Origin: Hormiphora californensis
Taxonomy: Eukaryota; Animalia; Ctenophora
Direction of reading: 5' to 3'
DNA: 64,000 nt
Assembly: GCA_020137815.1 (NCBI GenBank)
Contig: CM035358.1
Coordinates: 5,704,001-5,768,000, forward strand
A program made the position numbers and the translations under genes. Below are positions 63,124-64,000 of the stretch, in pieces. The notes beneath the pieces were generated by a model. That model was given only the letters and a program-made list of their open reading frames with translations. It did no database searches and was not told the DNA's origin. The stretch's first letter is position 1. Every line of letters begins with the position of its first letter.

Positions 63124-63714
63124 TCACTTTAACGCTATCAGTATTAGTGAAACTGACACTAGGACTAGGACTAGGAGTCCAAGTATGGCATTGGCATGGT
63201 GAATGGTTGCCATGCTACGCACTCTGTCCATGCTACGCAGTCTGTCCAATTCGGCGAGGGCCCGGTGTGAGAGCCGACAGACTGGGAACATGTCAAGAAA
63301 ATGGTTAGGGTCACCACACACCAAAGTTAAAATTAAAATTAAAATTTTAATTTTAACGCCGCACACACCAGCGGCCGTTAAAATTTCTCTCCCCATTCTA
63401 AAAGTAACAATCTCACGCACGATTTTGACGGTCGCGTTGGATGATAAAATTTTAACACGCCGTTAAAATCGCGCGCGAGATTGTTACTTTTAGAATGGGG
63501 GAGAGAAATTTTAACGGCCGCTGGTGTGTGCGGCGTTAAAATTAAAATTTTAATTTTAATTTTAACTTTGGTGTGTGGTGACCCTTATACCATGTCAGAC
63601 ACCACCAATAGTAAATTAATAATAATTTTAATTAATACCATTGGTGGCAAGTACTTGCAAGTGCTTCAAGTTCAAGTTGAAATTGAAGTCTTCCTTCGAG
63701 CATAGTGCCCTGCC
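63124..63714 (-). CDS. Possible terminal exons of a gene with a C-terminal hydrophobic tail (partial)
   Basis: Putative exons GRALCSKEDFNFNLNLKHLQVLATN (~63714-63639) and VCRLSH...AILGLLVLVLVSVSLILIALK* (~63281-63124) join in phase; upstream exons are unclear. Confidence 0.35.
63308..63584. mobile_element. PIF/Harbinger-type MITE
   Basis: TTA|GGGTCACCACACACC...GGTGTGTGGTGACCC|TTA, long perfect TIRs. Confidence 0.82.
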
Positions 63715-64000
63715 CTAAAAACAGGTTTTAACGTCTTTTCCTTATTGGGCGAGGTGACCCCTACCCATTTCCAGTTCTTTATTTTAAGGAACCCTGAACC
63801 CAATACAAATAGTAGATCAGATTATTCTCCTTGATGATTTTCATCTGGAAGTGGCGCAGAAAGTTTTCTCAGAGATGACCCGGGATGCACTGGGGACATC
63901 AGCAGAACCACTGTTAATACTGACAAACGGGGCTTTAATAATCTTGCTTCTTTGGAGGGCTTGTAACACCTGTAGGGGGGAATGATAAACTCATGCCGTG

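Overview
Intron-rich, repeat-dense animal genomic DNA, probably from a ctenophore (inferred from a recalled ctenophore-type protein module and the gene architecture; not verified). Gene models were assembled by hand from GT-AG exons. They are: the 3' part of an SLC7/LAT-type amino-acid permease (+, <35-17959), whose first visible intron is an 8-kb satellite and whose third hides a complete antisense pentraxin gene; AP-1 mu subunit (-); an intronless TEDC1-like gene (-); transportin (+, 20 exons, 898 aa); a SIRT4-like sirtuin (-); and a secreted mytilectin-like beta-trefoil lectin (-) that the ORF track misses. Mobile DNA includes a 5'-truncated L2-clade LINE with intact ORF2, an RTE LINE fragment, tRNA-derived SINE pieces and many MITE families. 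The most striking pattern is that exon edges, together with their splice sites, are repeatedly copied into the adjacent intron, at about ten boundaries in three main genes and with up to 12 extra copies. One such copy differs from the live exon only at synonymous sites. Another would exactly restore the reading frame of an apparently frameshifted SIRT4.
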